From assembly GCA_051362555.1 (NCBI GenBank), contig CM120641.1, forward strand, positions 6,696,001-6,760,000: DNA of 64,000 bases, in the 5' to 3' direction. Source of the DNA: Lingula anatina (lineage: Eukaryota; Animalia; Brachiopoda). The notes beneath the pieces were generated by a model. It saw only the letters and a list, made by a program, of their open reading frames with translations, made no database searches and was not told the DNA's origin. Below, piece by piece: positions 25,701 through 38,100 of the stretch; the stretch's first letter is position 1; every line of letters begins with the position of its first letter. The translations under genes were made by a program, and so were the position numbers.

Positions 25701-28700
25701 TTCACCGCCTCATAGAGATGTCGATAACGGTAAAGAAAGATTAAGGAAAATGGCTTTACCTTATTGTAGAGTTGACCAATAGGCATAGCATAGCTCTCCC
25801 GGTCTCCGGCTCCGTAGAGTATACCCATCAGTCGAACATTTGAGTCAGGATGGTGCAGAACGTGAGACCCATCTCCCGAGATGATGATATGGCCACCAAC
25901 TTTGTTTGTACCTGGAACTGGACTCCAAGTGATGCCTCTCTGAGAAACAAATTGACCATCGATGGTCAGGCGGTCTTTGAACGCGTCTTCGATGACTATC
26001 ATAAAATAATTGGTGTATTGACCGGCGGCTGCCTGGGGAAGAGAGAAATGGAAGTCGTTGGCGTATTTGTCCGTCGGCGGGATGACGATCATGGCAGGGT
26101 CTGCAACTATGGTATCGGAGGGGACTTGACTCATAACAATTTGTACGACCAGCACAGGGCGAGAAGACACGATGCGAGTTATTCTACTGGATGAAATTGT
26201 TCTCTCGGCGTAACCACCCGCAATGCTCAGGTCGATATTCTCCGTCCTCACTCCGTCATCCAGTGTTACACGGGTGTTGGCAAAGGCACTGACGATTTTG
26301 ACGACGTCGCCGGTCGTTCGTTCAGGTATAGGCACTACGATGTATTCAGTGCCCCAGGAATCAATGGACGGTATCTGTTCTACCAAATGATCGCGGGAGG
26401 GGAGACTGCTTGGGACGGCCGTTCTTATGTTCCCACTGAATACAGCAATAGGCTTGCTGGACACGATGCGAGTTCCAGTCAAATCAGCCCGATTACCACT
26501 GACAATCTCTAGTGAATCGAAACGAGACATGGACGCTCTGATAAGATCCCCGTTTCTGTACGTAATACCTTCATATATTACGCTTATTCTTGGGAAAGCT
26601 ATCTCCGGCAATGTTATGAACACCTCTGTGTCATTATACGCCGCTGCTATTCCAAACTCTGTACTCGTCGTTGGCGGGGCGTATGAAACTGTCAGGTATT
26701 CCGTTCCAAGAGCATGGACAGGAATAGCCAGGAAACCGTCCGCCGAAAATTCGTCCTTGTTAATGCCAAATACGGCGATGTCTTCGGTCGCTTCTATAAG
26801 GAGACCCTGCTTTGTCAGACGGGTTCCTTGCATACGCATGTTGTTGTCTATTTGAAATAGAGAAACTTCTCCCTGTTGGACCACACGTGTGATATTGGTT
26901 CGGCCGAAAAAGTCTCGCACGGTAACTGTCGTTGCCGCTACGTCGTCGCGCCCCAGGGTTACAAAAACGTCCAGTTTAATAATGGTGGGAACCTCAATGG
27001 TATTTTCCATGAACATCAAGAAATACTCTTTCCCACCTCGAAATATGGTTGACCTACACTCTGCAAAATATAGACAAGAGGAAAATGTTAAATTAACATT
27101 ATTTTCTATCTGAAGAACTTGCATAAAGCTCAACTACTGTTTTTCAAATATGTAATTACTGCATTATGCGTAGCTAACTTTTAACAAACACAACATTTCG
27201 TGGCACATCAATCAGAAAGCAACAACATGGATTAATTTTGATTATTTGTTTCGAAAAAACATTAGATAGACAAAGGCACTCAGCAGAAAGGCCGCGAAAC
27301 ATACAAACACGCCTCACAGAAAATTACCTGGTTCATAATATCCCGTCTCTCCTCTAGAGCCAGTGGGTCCAACTGGGCCTGTGTCTCCCTTTTCACCTGT
27401 AGGTCCGACAGCCCCAGTGACACCTGTAGCACCTGTATCTCCTTTTTCCCCTGTAGCACCAGACTCTCCAGCAGGCCCTGTATCTCCTGAAAGACCCCGA
27501 TCTCCCTTCGGCCCCGTAGCTCCAGTTGAACCATTTAATCCTGTTGGTCCCTGTAATCCGGGATCCCCTGTATCGCCTTTTGGGCCCGTTTCGCCTTGCG
27601 TTCCGTTGAGACCAGCAGGACCAGGATCACCGGTGTCTCCTTTCACGCCCTGGGTGCCCTGTTCTCCAGTTGCTCCCTGTTCCCCAGTGTCACCCTTGTC
27701 TCCCTTCGCCCCAGCTTCACCTGTTTCACCCCGCTCTCCACTGGCACCAGTTGGTCCAGTCTCTCCCTTTGGACCTGTTTGCCCAGCAGAACCATTCCTT
27801 CCCGGCAAACCAGGATCACCTTTAGGGCCTGTCTCTCCCATTTCACCAGAGGCTCCTTTCTCACCTGTTGGTCCTGCGCTGCCAGTTGCACCTGTTGCTC
27901 CTGAAGTGCCTTGAGGGCCAGTGCTACCTGTGTCACCTTTAGAACCGTTTGCACCTGAGGGACCTGTCGGGCCTCTTTCTCCTGTGGCACCTGCAGCGCC
28001 ATCATTACCGGGAGCACCTGTTGAACCCTCAGCACCAGGCGATCCAGTGTCACCCTTGGCACCTCTTGGCCCTGTAGTTCCTGGCGCACCTTTGTCTCCC
28101 TTTGAGCCAGTTGCTCCCGTAGCACCAGTCGAACCGGTTGGTCCTGCTATCCCGCTATCACCTTTTTCTCCAGTACCACCTGTTGCACCAGTTGCCCCAG
28201 CTTCACCAGTTGGGCCTGTTGCACCTGTTGGTCCAGTTGGGCCTGCTACTCCGCTTTCCCCGGCAACATTTACTACTTCGCCTGGTGGACCTTGAGGTCC
28301 ACGGTCACCTTTCTCTCCTTTGGGACCGGTAGGTCCTGTTGCGCCATTAATACCGTCTGTCCCATTTATTCCTGCCAGCCCTGTATCTCCTTTGGTTCCA
28401 GTGGGACCAGTGTTGCCGGTTGCGCCGGTCGCCCCTGTGCTCCCTGGACTTCCATTATTCCCTGCTTCTCCAGTTGCTCCCGTATCACCTTTTTCTCCAG
28501 TGGCTCCTGGGCTACCCGTACTGCCTGGTGGACCCTGCTCTCCTGAGGGTCCAGTTGACCCAGCTGTTCCATTCATACCCGATGCTCCCGTAGGTCCCGT
28601 AGCTCCAGGTTCGCCGGTATTACCAGTTACACCAGATGCTCCAGTAGGGCCGACTGCTCCAGTTGCTCCAGTTTCACCAGTTGGTCCAGTGCTGCCAGTC

Positions 28701-31700
28701 TCACCATCGGCCCCAGGTTCTCCATCTACACCATTTGCACCTGTCGGTCCTGTGGCACCGGGGCTACCAGTTTCCCCTGTACTTCCTGCTGTTCCGTTCA
28801 ATCCAGGGAGGCCGGCTGCCCCTGTGGGTCCTGTAGCACCTTGTGGGCCTGTTGCTCCAGGTTCACCATTCGTTCCATTAAACCCAGGCGCTCCAGTTTC
28901 ACCAGTTACACCACTAGAGCCCGTCGGGCCAGTTTCTCCAGGCATACCCGTAGGTCCTACAGCGCCAGTTAGTCCAGTTGGTCCAGTATCTCCTGTTGGT
29001 CCGACAGGCCCGCTTGCACCAGTCACGCCTTGCTCCCCCTGAGGACCTTGTTCTCCTGTGCTGCCATTGACTCCTGGGGTGCCAGGCAGACCCGTCGCTC
29101 CAGTCTCCCCCGTTGCTCCATTTTCACCAGTGGCTCCAGCTTGCCCTGTGGGACCAGGAGGACCTTGCGATCCAGTGGAACCAGTCTCTCCAGATGCGCC
29201 TTGTTCTCCCTGTGGTCCGGTTGACCCAGGAGGTCCTTGCTCCCCTTGTTCTCCTGTGGGGCCAGATGCCCCTTGGGGACCTCTTTGTCCGGGGGTGCCT
29301 GGTGGTCCTTGAATCAGGATGCCTCCATCGGTTCCACTTCCAGATGAACATGTCTGTTATGAAAAGGGAACAAGTTCACAATACAAAAATTAATTACAAC
29401 TTGTATCACTACATGTTTCTAATGCAATGGCAAGACAGTGTAGAAGAAAATGTTCTCAGAGCACATTGTAAAAGCTGAATACTGCATTAAGCCAAATACG
29501 TCAAAGACAATGACATTTACAATTACATTTACAATTAATCATAAAATCATGTTGAATACCCGTTGCAGATTTTGAGAAAGCCAAAATGAAGAGCCGAAAG
29601 ATGGCGACAAGCAAGAGAATAGATATACACTTTAATTGTAGTGTTGCTAAAATCGTACTGACAATAACAAAAGTAAGAACATCTACTTACAGATGAATAT
29701 GTATGCCCTAGGGGTAAAGCATAACTCTCTCTGTCGCCGGCCCCGTATATTATAGTCATGAAGCGGACGTCTTGGTTTTCATGGTATAAATGATGAGGGT
29801 ATCTGCCGTTGATTTCAAGGTGCCCTCCCACGAGGTTGGTTCCGCTTATGTTGTGCCACTGAACACCAGACAAATGGGAGAAGTCCAAAAACAGTCCAAT
29901 TTCTTTTCCGCGCTCTATTGCGATCAAACAGAAATGGCGGTACGAGCCGCGTGTTGCATTGGGGGGAACGAAATGATAGTCTTTCATGTACCGTTGTGTT
30001 GGCGGGACTGAAATCATGGCAGGGTCTGCAAGCTCCCCGATGACCTGGCTCTTGGCGATCTGAACCACCATAACTGGTTTGTCTGCGGCGATGCTGACGT
30101 ACTGACTGGTTTCCAATGACAGTTCCTTAACGGCTCCGCGGTCAAGAGTGGTTCTTTCATACACATCAGCATACTGGATGGTGATGTTTGTATTGTCGAC
30201 GGAAGCAACCACTCGAATCACATCTCCAACAAGGCGTTCTGGAATTGGCACCACGGCGTAGGTCAAGCCCCAAGCGTTCACGGGAGGGAGCTGTTCTACC
30301 AAATGGTCCCGGGAGTAGCCGCTCTCTACGCTTGTCCTTACGTTACCGCTAAACACCGCAACAGGAAGGGAGGCCAAAATGTGTGTTCCAGTCAGATCAC
30401 CAAACCCGACGTCGATGATTTGAACGGAGTCATGGCGGTTAACAAACAAAGTGATCTGGTCCCCTGCTGTGTAATTTTGACCATCCACCTGGACATTTTG
30501 TACACGGCTGGACAGGTGGATCCTAATCAGTGTGCTATCAAAAGCGACGGCTATGCCAAACACGGTGCTGGTGGTAGGCGGGGTGTATGACACTGTGAAG
30601 TACTCGGTTCCAAGAGCGTGGACAGGAATGGCCAGAAAACCATCAACAGAGAACTCGTCCTTGTTCAGACCATATACCACGACGTCGGCAGAAGCGGAGA
30701 GGCGCAGTGCATGCTGGGATGTTGTACTTCCATGTAAACGATAACTGGCTGGGACAGGCACTGTGTGCACCTATATAATGATAAAACATAGCTCCAGCAA
30801 TCATATAAGTATAGAATCGTTTAGATGAGTTATCAGAATAGATATTTATAAAACACCACAGTTAAGAATAAACGCATCTTGATTATATTTTGTCTTTGAC
30901 GTTGTTTTAAGTGGAAAGCGGCCTATTTAAACTATTTTTTAATGTTTTAAATTTCTAATTAAGCAATTAGCTAAAACTAAAAACCCACCGTATTAAAATA
31001 ATTCCAAAATACCATAATCAGTTTGATTCCTTTTACAGCCATAATAACCTTAACATGCTAAATATGAACCTGAAAATGCACATTATCCCCTTGACATATA
31101 ATTTGTGATATTGTAAAATTTTTTGTCCTTACCTCGCCTTGGTGAACCGTTCCATTAGCCATTGTTGCGTTTAATGTATCGATACGATAATTGACCTGAA
31201 ATTAAAACAATATGTAGAAAAATCATTAACCATATACTTTTAATTTTGTTTTCGTTTTCCTTTAAGTACTCGTTTAACAAGAAAATTTGAGTACATTCAT
31301 CACTGTTGTCTTCTATAGAGTTTCATTTGCTGTCAAATCATTAAAAATCTAAAATGAAGTCTCTAAAGAGATAACATATTATGTAGAAACGCATGAATGA
31401 AAAATGTTGCAAATAATGTTCCTCGGTAACGGTAAGGAGTGGCTATAGCTTTCATGCCACAAGAAAAGTGCATGTCGTCACAGGCCGAGACGCTATACTG
31501 TTGAAATAGCCTGCGCCACTCACCGGCCCGGCTCCTCCAAACCCTGCTGAGATGAATAGCTCCATTGGCATTCCCGTTGGAACTTCTACAATATTCTCCA
31601 AGAAAATGATGAAATACTCCTTTCCACCTGATACTGTGCAAGCTGAAAACAAAAGAAATGCCAATTAATATAACTGCTATATGACTATTTCAATGAGCAG

Positions 31701-34700
31701 GAATCGGACCTAGTAATTACATTAAATACTGCTTGAAAGTAATACAAGATGATGAATTATCTGCGTTTTCTTTTATAAAGTACAACAGTACTGTCGCCAG
31801 TTGCAATTGTTACATGAAAAGAAAATCAAGGTGTACTAAAATGGAGGTTGAAATCAACCTTTTTCCTTCTTCTCATTAAAAACAACATAAGTTAATCAAT
31901 AAATATACTAGAATCATAATTTCCTATTTCTTTAAAGCGGCGTACACTCACCCGCATTCGGCAGTTGAGTGTAATCAAATATAGGTGCAGGATTTGAGCT
32001 GGGTGTTGTTGGTCCCTGGGGACCTGTCGCTGAAACAGTACTCGTAGGTGCTGTTGCTGCTATTGTACTTGAAACAGGTCTTGGTGTTGAAGCTGCTTGT
32101 GATGTTGCTGTTTCAGTTGTTGTTGTTGGCGACGTTGTAGTCGTTGCCTCCGTTGTTGTCTCTGTTGTGGTCGTTGTTTCTGTTGTTGTCGACGCTGTAG
32201 TCCTTGTTTCCGTTGTTGTTGACGATGCTGTTTCAGTTGCAGTTGTTGGTGAATTCGTTGCTGTTGTTACTGCTTGTTGGACTGTAGAAGTTGTCTCCGA
32301 GGAAGCCGGACAATCCTGTGCACAATTAGAAAAAAATAAGGATATAGTGCTAGGGAAGATTTAATTTTCTAAAATCAACAATTCAAATTTGTAAAGCCAC
32401 CTTTATTACACCTTTAAACGCCATAGTAGAGATCACAGGATCGTTTTTTTTTCAAAGAATTACTTCAAACTTCTAATAATAACAATAACAATAATCACGA
32501 TAATAATAATAATAAAAATAAAAGTTTATAAACCTCTTACCTGATCAGACACAATATTCAAAGCCAGTGGTAGCATATAACTCTCGCGGTCACCAGCCCC
32601 GTACAATATGGCCATGAAGTGTTCATTCTCGTCAGTATGTCTCAAACTATGGACCTGGTTATCGCTTGCTACCTGAATATACCCGCCCACGAGGTCGGAC
32701 TGGGGGACATTTTGCCAAGCATCCACCTGCAAGGGTTGGCCATCATAAACAAGACCGCTTTCCATTTCACTTCGGATGACTATCATGACGTAATGCGTGT
32801 ACGTGGCGTTTTGCGATGGAGACAGTCTTGGCGTCATGAAGCGATAATCATAGCCGTATTGTTCCACCGAGGGCACGATGACCATGGACGGATCTGATAG
32901 TTCAGAAACTCTTGAGGGATCTCCTCTCTGGCTTTTCACGAACTGAACAACGAGCACCGGTTTATCTGCAACGATGTGGGTAACGCGGCCTGGAAGGACT
33001 TCAAGATCAAAATATCCACCCGCACTGGCGATGGTCCGCGTCTCATTCCCGGCTGCTCCTGAGAAAGTACAAGTGACGACCGTCCCACGTTTGCTGCTAA
33101 CGATGCGGATCACGTCGCCCGTGGTTCGCCCTGGTGTGGAAATCACTGCAAACTCTTTGCCCCATTTGTCAATCGATGGTATCATCTCAGCTAAATGATC
33201 TCGGCTATCGAAACGCACGGGTTTAACGCTGGTTCGGCTGTTCCCACTGAAAATAGCTACCGGCACTGAAGACCTTATGTAACTGCCAGTCAAGTCGGAT
33301 CGGTCTTGACTCTGCCATTGGTAACTTTCGAATGCCTTCATGTTGTAGATAGAAGCATTCTTTCCATTTGAAAGGGTGACTTCAATGTCTGTGTTGTCAG
33401 CAACGGCCACAACCGAAAACTGCGGGCTTGAACTCGAAGGCGAGTATGTGACCACAAAGTACTCGGTACCCAAAGCAAAGGTGGGTAAAACCAGAAATGC
33501 GTCAGAGGAGTACTGCATTTGATTCACACCTATCACAATGACGTCCTGGTCTGCCGTCAATCTGAGACCGCTTAAACAGTTCGTTGTTCCTTTCACGCGA
33601 AAGTTATCAGGCACAGAAAACATACCAACCTGGTCGCCATTTAGGGTCAGGGTTTGGTTACCGAGGAGCCTGGTTTCATTGTGTACGTTCGTGAGAGATA
33701 CGTGGACGTTTTGTGCACCGTTTCGCCGCGGAGTTACCAGCACTTGCGCGGGCATCACATTCTGTTCTGGCACCGAGTTCTCCGAAAACATTAGGAAATA
33801 TTCTCGGCCAAAGAGGCAATCTGCTTTCACATCTGTAACAAATTTAAATAAAAAAATCATTTTTATCACATAGGGTGTTTTGATCTATCAGGAATAGAAA
33901 AAATTATAAATCTGATATATTGTAAAATCTCGGTTGAAATAAAAACAATCTTTAAATTTGGTTTCCATATAAGGAAATAATAAATAAAATAATGAAAATC
34001 AATGTAAATATGAGAATGTAGTTAGAGCTGTGATGATGTTTTTTTTCTTTTTGTGATAAGTTAAATGGTTTCACAATAGGGAAGGCATGATAAGGCAGGC
34101 AAGGCTGGGTGGGTGGGTGGGTGGAGGGTCACTGGGTGGAGAGGCAGAGGAAGAGGCGGGTGAGTGTGAAAGGTAAATGTTAATTAATGGATGGAAGATA
34201 ACTAAAGGCGTTGGCGGGGAGGGTGAGATGGAATTTGGACACATTTTGTAATGCACCCTAAGGTTCTAAGATAAGGCGTAGTTGGAAGTTGAATATAAGG
34301 GAATTTTCAAATTTAAGGCGGTTATAGCCACAGGTAAATCTGTGAGCGTTTAAGTAAGTGGTAAGTGAATAAATGGGCGGATGTCCAACATTTTTTATAA
34401 TAGAAGGCCTGTAGCAAGAATTTGACTGTTGAAAACGGACAATACTCCCTTCAAAGGAAACTGTGAACAATTTCCTGGGAACAGCCTTCTCAGATAAATA
34501 AATTACCAGAACATTCCACGCAAGACGAGTCTTATCTAGCTCAACCCCTTATTACAACCATGAATAGTGTATTTTCGTAAAACAGGGTTCGTCCGGTCAA
34601 CTAAGTGAACTATACATACATTTATTTCCACCTTTGACGTTTGACCTTTTCATGCACACATTTAAAATAAAAGTGGTGCTCTAGCAGCAGAATAAACTTG

Positions 34701-35131
34701 ACCTACTATATTATAAGGATAGTACGTTCACAAACACAATCATGACCACACTGCGCCTACACTTACACAATCACAAAGAGCGCATTCTCAACGAATTAAG
34801 CCAGGCTTTACAAAGCCGGTGACCTAAAAATGGCGGACGTACATGAAAGAAAAACCGCATAATCTTTTAATAGTCTCTGCGGCTCTTATCCACATGAAAA
34901 TGTGATAGCGGAGAGAATTGTAAATGCGCCACGTTTTAAAGACTAACTTGACGAGATGTACAGGTAAAGATTATAAGCTTAATAGGCCTGTATTACAACT
35001 TGGTAAGAAATCAAAATAGGCGTAAAAATGATATTTAGGGGCATATCTTTGATGATAGGGACAGTGCAATTAAAAAAATTACCTTGTAGCTGGAACATCA
35101 CTGCGGCGGCAATTAAAACAAGGCTCCGCAT
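22781..35131 (-). CDS. Large type I membrane protein (~2428 aa): signal peptide - IgGFc-binding 1 - Thr-rich stalk - IgGFc-binding 2 - long collagen - IgGFc-binding 3 - short collagen - EGF x4 (two partial) - coiled coil - TM - cytoplasmic tail
   Basis: Fourteen GT-AG exons total 7287 nt with all phases consistent: 35131-35083, 33832-32541, 32315-31952, 31642-31524, 31195-31133, 30770-29691, 29353-27328, 27060-25760, 25598-25496, 25151-25029, 24624-24529, 24222-24100, 23891-23787, 23223-22781. IgGFc-binding motifs GxEYFxxFxEN, DxFLxxP..ALGTEY, DLTG..I.S..PxAxFSGN, DHLxEQ.P...WG, DPxM...P and YG...ESY occur three times. Signal [20 protein letters not shown]; [26 protein letters not shown]. Confidence 0.85.
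27328..29353 (-). other. Single 2026-nt exon encoding ~215 Gly-X-Y triplets (Thr-rich collagen domain)
   Basis: Continuous Gly-X-Y with one interruption (GEVVNVAG, ~28260-28282). GPT, GAT, GET, GST and GDT triplets dominate. Confidence 0.95.
31952..32315 (-). other. Thr/Ser-rich mucin-like linker exon
   Basis: [68 protein letters not shown]... Confidence 0.85.
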
Positions 35132-38100
35132 AGTGATAGGTCTTGACGGGAAACCCGTGCCTAGAAAACAACAGGAAAATATTAATGGGTATTTGAAATA
35201 TGAGTTTCCTGCCAGATAACAATACTCTCTTCCTGCTTCCTGCCCCCAGTATCCTTGACAATATGCTCTGTCCTTACTTTGGATTACGATATCTCTACTA
35301 TGACTGCAAAATGTAAACGTAAAACAGCAAGTCAGAGTTGGTCTAATGGTGAAAATAATAAATCAAATGTTCAACCTGAACTCTTTGAAAGCACGTGTTT
35401 TCTATCATTCCATCTCATATCTGTAGATGTTCCTGTCGATGTAAATGCACCAAGAAAATTGTTCGGTGTTTAAATAATTTGAAATCTACACGATAAGGAC
35501 CTTCCGAGTCTCCTGCTGCTAATACCCTGGTATTATGCACTCCTGTGACGTATATGTATTTAGATCATTGTTCACACCAACTAACCCCACGTATCTGACA
35601 GTTTTAGAAGCACACCTAAACCCTCACCTTAAGAATGTTATTGTATGACGAAACTAATCCCAACATATACGCGCGACTTTTGATTTATCTGCTTTTCACT
35701 GTGCACTTTCATTGCGAGCGGGATTTGTAAATTTCACGTTTTAGAGGCCTACTAAGGTACAAGCTGGAGGAATTAAGAGGGGCTCTTTACACTTAAAATT
35801 CCATATTAATGACTATCATGAACTTGATATATACAGCAGACAAATATATCTAATGTCTGACAAACTTGCCACCGTAACTATATGATCAAAAATTTTAAAC
35901 CAGATTGAAAAATCTTTCCTGATGCTTAAAAGATTTTAGACAAATGCCGCAAATAGTTAAGATAACATTTCCAAAAAGCAAAAAATTTAGATAACATTTG
36001 CATAAATATACAGCTTGGGTATTTATTTACGTGTTTAAAGCTAAATGATATCGATTTCATCACAACAAAGAAATTTTTATCCTGATTAGATAATTTTGTC
36101 TAAGAGAAAAGGGCAATAGATGTAGATCGATAATGAACATGATCAACAGTGCTGGTAATCCTTATTATTCCTTTATTGGTACTTGCACATTTCATACAAT
36201 GGCTATGATTTAACAATTTAATACATAAGTTGCCTAGCCTTTTTAACCAACTTGACATAATAGTCCCATTTAAGTTTCCGACCCTGCACTTAGGTTTTTG
36301 TTCCATAACAATCTTTATATGCTTTAAGCGCCTCGGAGTTTATAATTACCATCTTTATTGACGCCATGGCTGTCATCAAGCCATAAAGGTGTTTCACAAC
36401 TTCCTACCCTCGTCAGGGGGGGTAAGAAAATATGCGTGATTTCCTCTTAAAGACAGCTAAAGCCAGTAATTAGCCCCAGCGTCACGCTCTTATCGCTGCT
36501 TCGCCGACTTCAGTAATTTGGTCTAATTGTCCTCAAAACGAGCTGCTTTTCGACTAATTACGAAACGTGAGGTATTGTTACTCGCTCGCGTTGCTTGAAA
36601 TAGCTATCATATTGGACATGAGTCACCGTATTTCTTGTATGACAAGTTTTTAAGATGCTGTTCAGTTAATGTGATGGCAGATTTAAAATAATTACATGCG
36701 AATTACTGAATGACATCATGCATGAATATTTAAGCCCAGAAACTTAAAATCGCTGCCCTAGGGCGCAGTAACAAATCTTAGGTGTTAACTGTAAGTAAGA
36801 ACTTCCTACACAAATACCTTTCCCACTGAGTTAGGCAATCTAGGGACTTAGCTAACAACGCAAATGCTCCTTATTTATTGTTATTTAAACGCTGGTATAA
36901 TTCCAGTCTTTCCACAGATCATTCGCAATTAAACGCGCGTGTCAATTTGGAAATAAATAACTAGAAACTGTTTTTCTCGATACCTTAAACTTCGGTCGAG
37001 TGGCAAATTGCAACATCAAGTAGCTAAGCTTCTTGTTTCCTTTTTCTTTTTATTAGAAAAAATAATGCTTACAAAAGTTTAAGAGGAGACAAATGATTAT
37101 GAAAGAAACTGTATAACAAATGTTTCTTCTTAGAAACGATACATTTTATTTAGTTGCAGTTTTCCGAAGACAAATACTAAAAAAGAGAAGTTAGCTATAT
37201 AGATATTGTTAACGTTTGGAATGCTTTTAAACTGTAAATTTAAAGTAAGCACTAAAAGTGAAACAATGAAGCAGTATTGGCTGTAAATGTACAGATCGCA
37301 CGATTCTAAATTAGCCGATGTATTATTTAAAGGTAGATATGCGCTTTATTTTCGATAATGACTTAAAAATCTATGCGTAGCCGTGATCATAATGAAAAAA
37401 GAAGCGATCGATAAATGTGTTTTGGTGCGTTATTCAACTACTAACAGTCAGGTTTGAAAATTGCTTTTTAAAGCTTATCATTAAAAAAGCAGAGCAAAAA
37501 CCGATATAAGTTTAGAAACAAAAAAAAAAAAAAAAAAATCCTTAAGCCTATTTTCAACATTTTCATCTAACCCCGCTCTTGTCTAGTAATATGAAAATCG
37601 TAAAAAAGGGATCATTTCTTGCAACATGCATTTCGGAATTTAGGTATGTTATTTCACTATTAATCTTAACTTAACAAATTGAAAGAATCTTGCCCTCATA
37701 AGTTTTCCACAATTTCTAGACTTTGAAGTAATAAAAAAAGCCTAATAGTGTGAGAAATAAAATAAAAACTCACCTCTCATTTCTTGAAGTATATCTGCTA
37801 CTCTTTCACTGGTTGTTTCTTTTTGTTTGATATAAGCAAAACTTGACACTAAGTTACAGATGTTAAAAATGCATGGTTATTTCTCCGTCGCTTGGAGTCG
37901 ATTTTAAGACGTCTGCTCAGAGTTAAGCTCGCAGTGAAACTGACGAACAAAGAATTTTTCGCAGGGGATTCCTCTGTCACGGTGACGCGTCATTACAATA
38001 GTATGTGAAAGATTACATCACACGGACCGTGACGTAGACTGACTTCCTTTGAGTCAGATGAGAAACTAGATCCAAGAACAAGATAACAGTTTCCTTATCA

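Noticed and set aside
27363-29312. Long Pro/Val-rich plus-strand ORFs
   Set aside because: Antisense shadows of the Gly-X-Y exon.
34080-34250. G-rich purine tract in intron 1 of the collagen gene (possible G-quadruplex)
   Set aside because: Low-complexity and probably repeat-derived; no supporting evidence for function.
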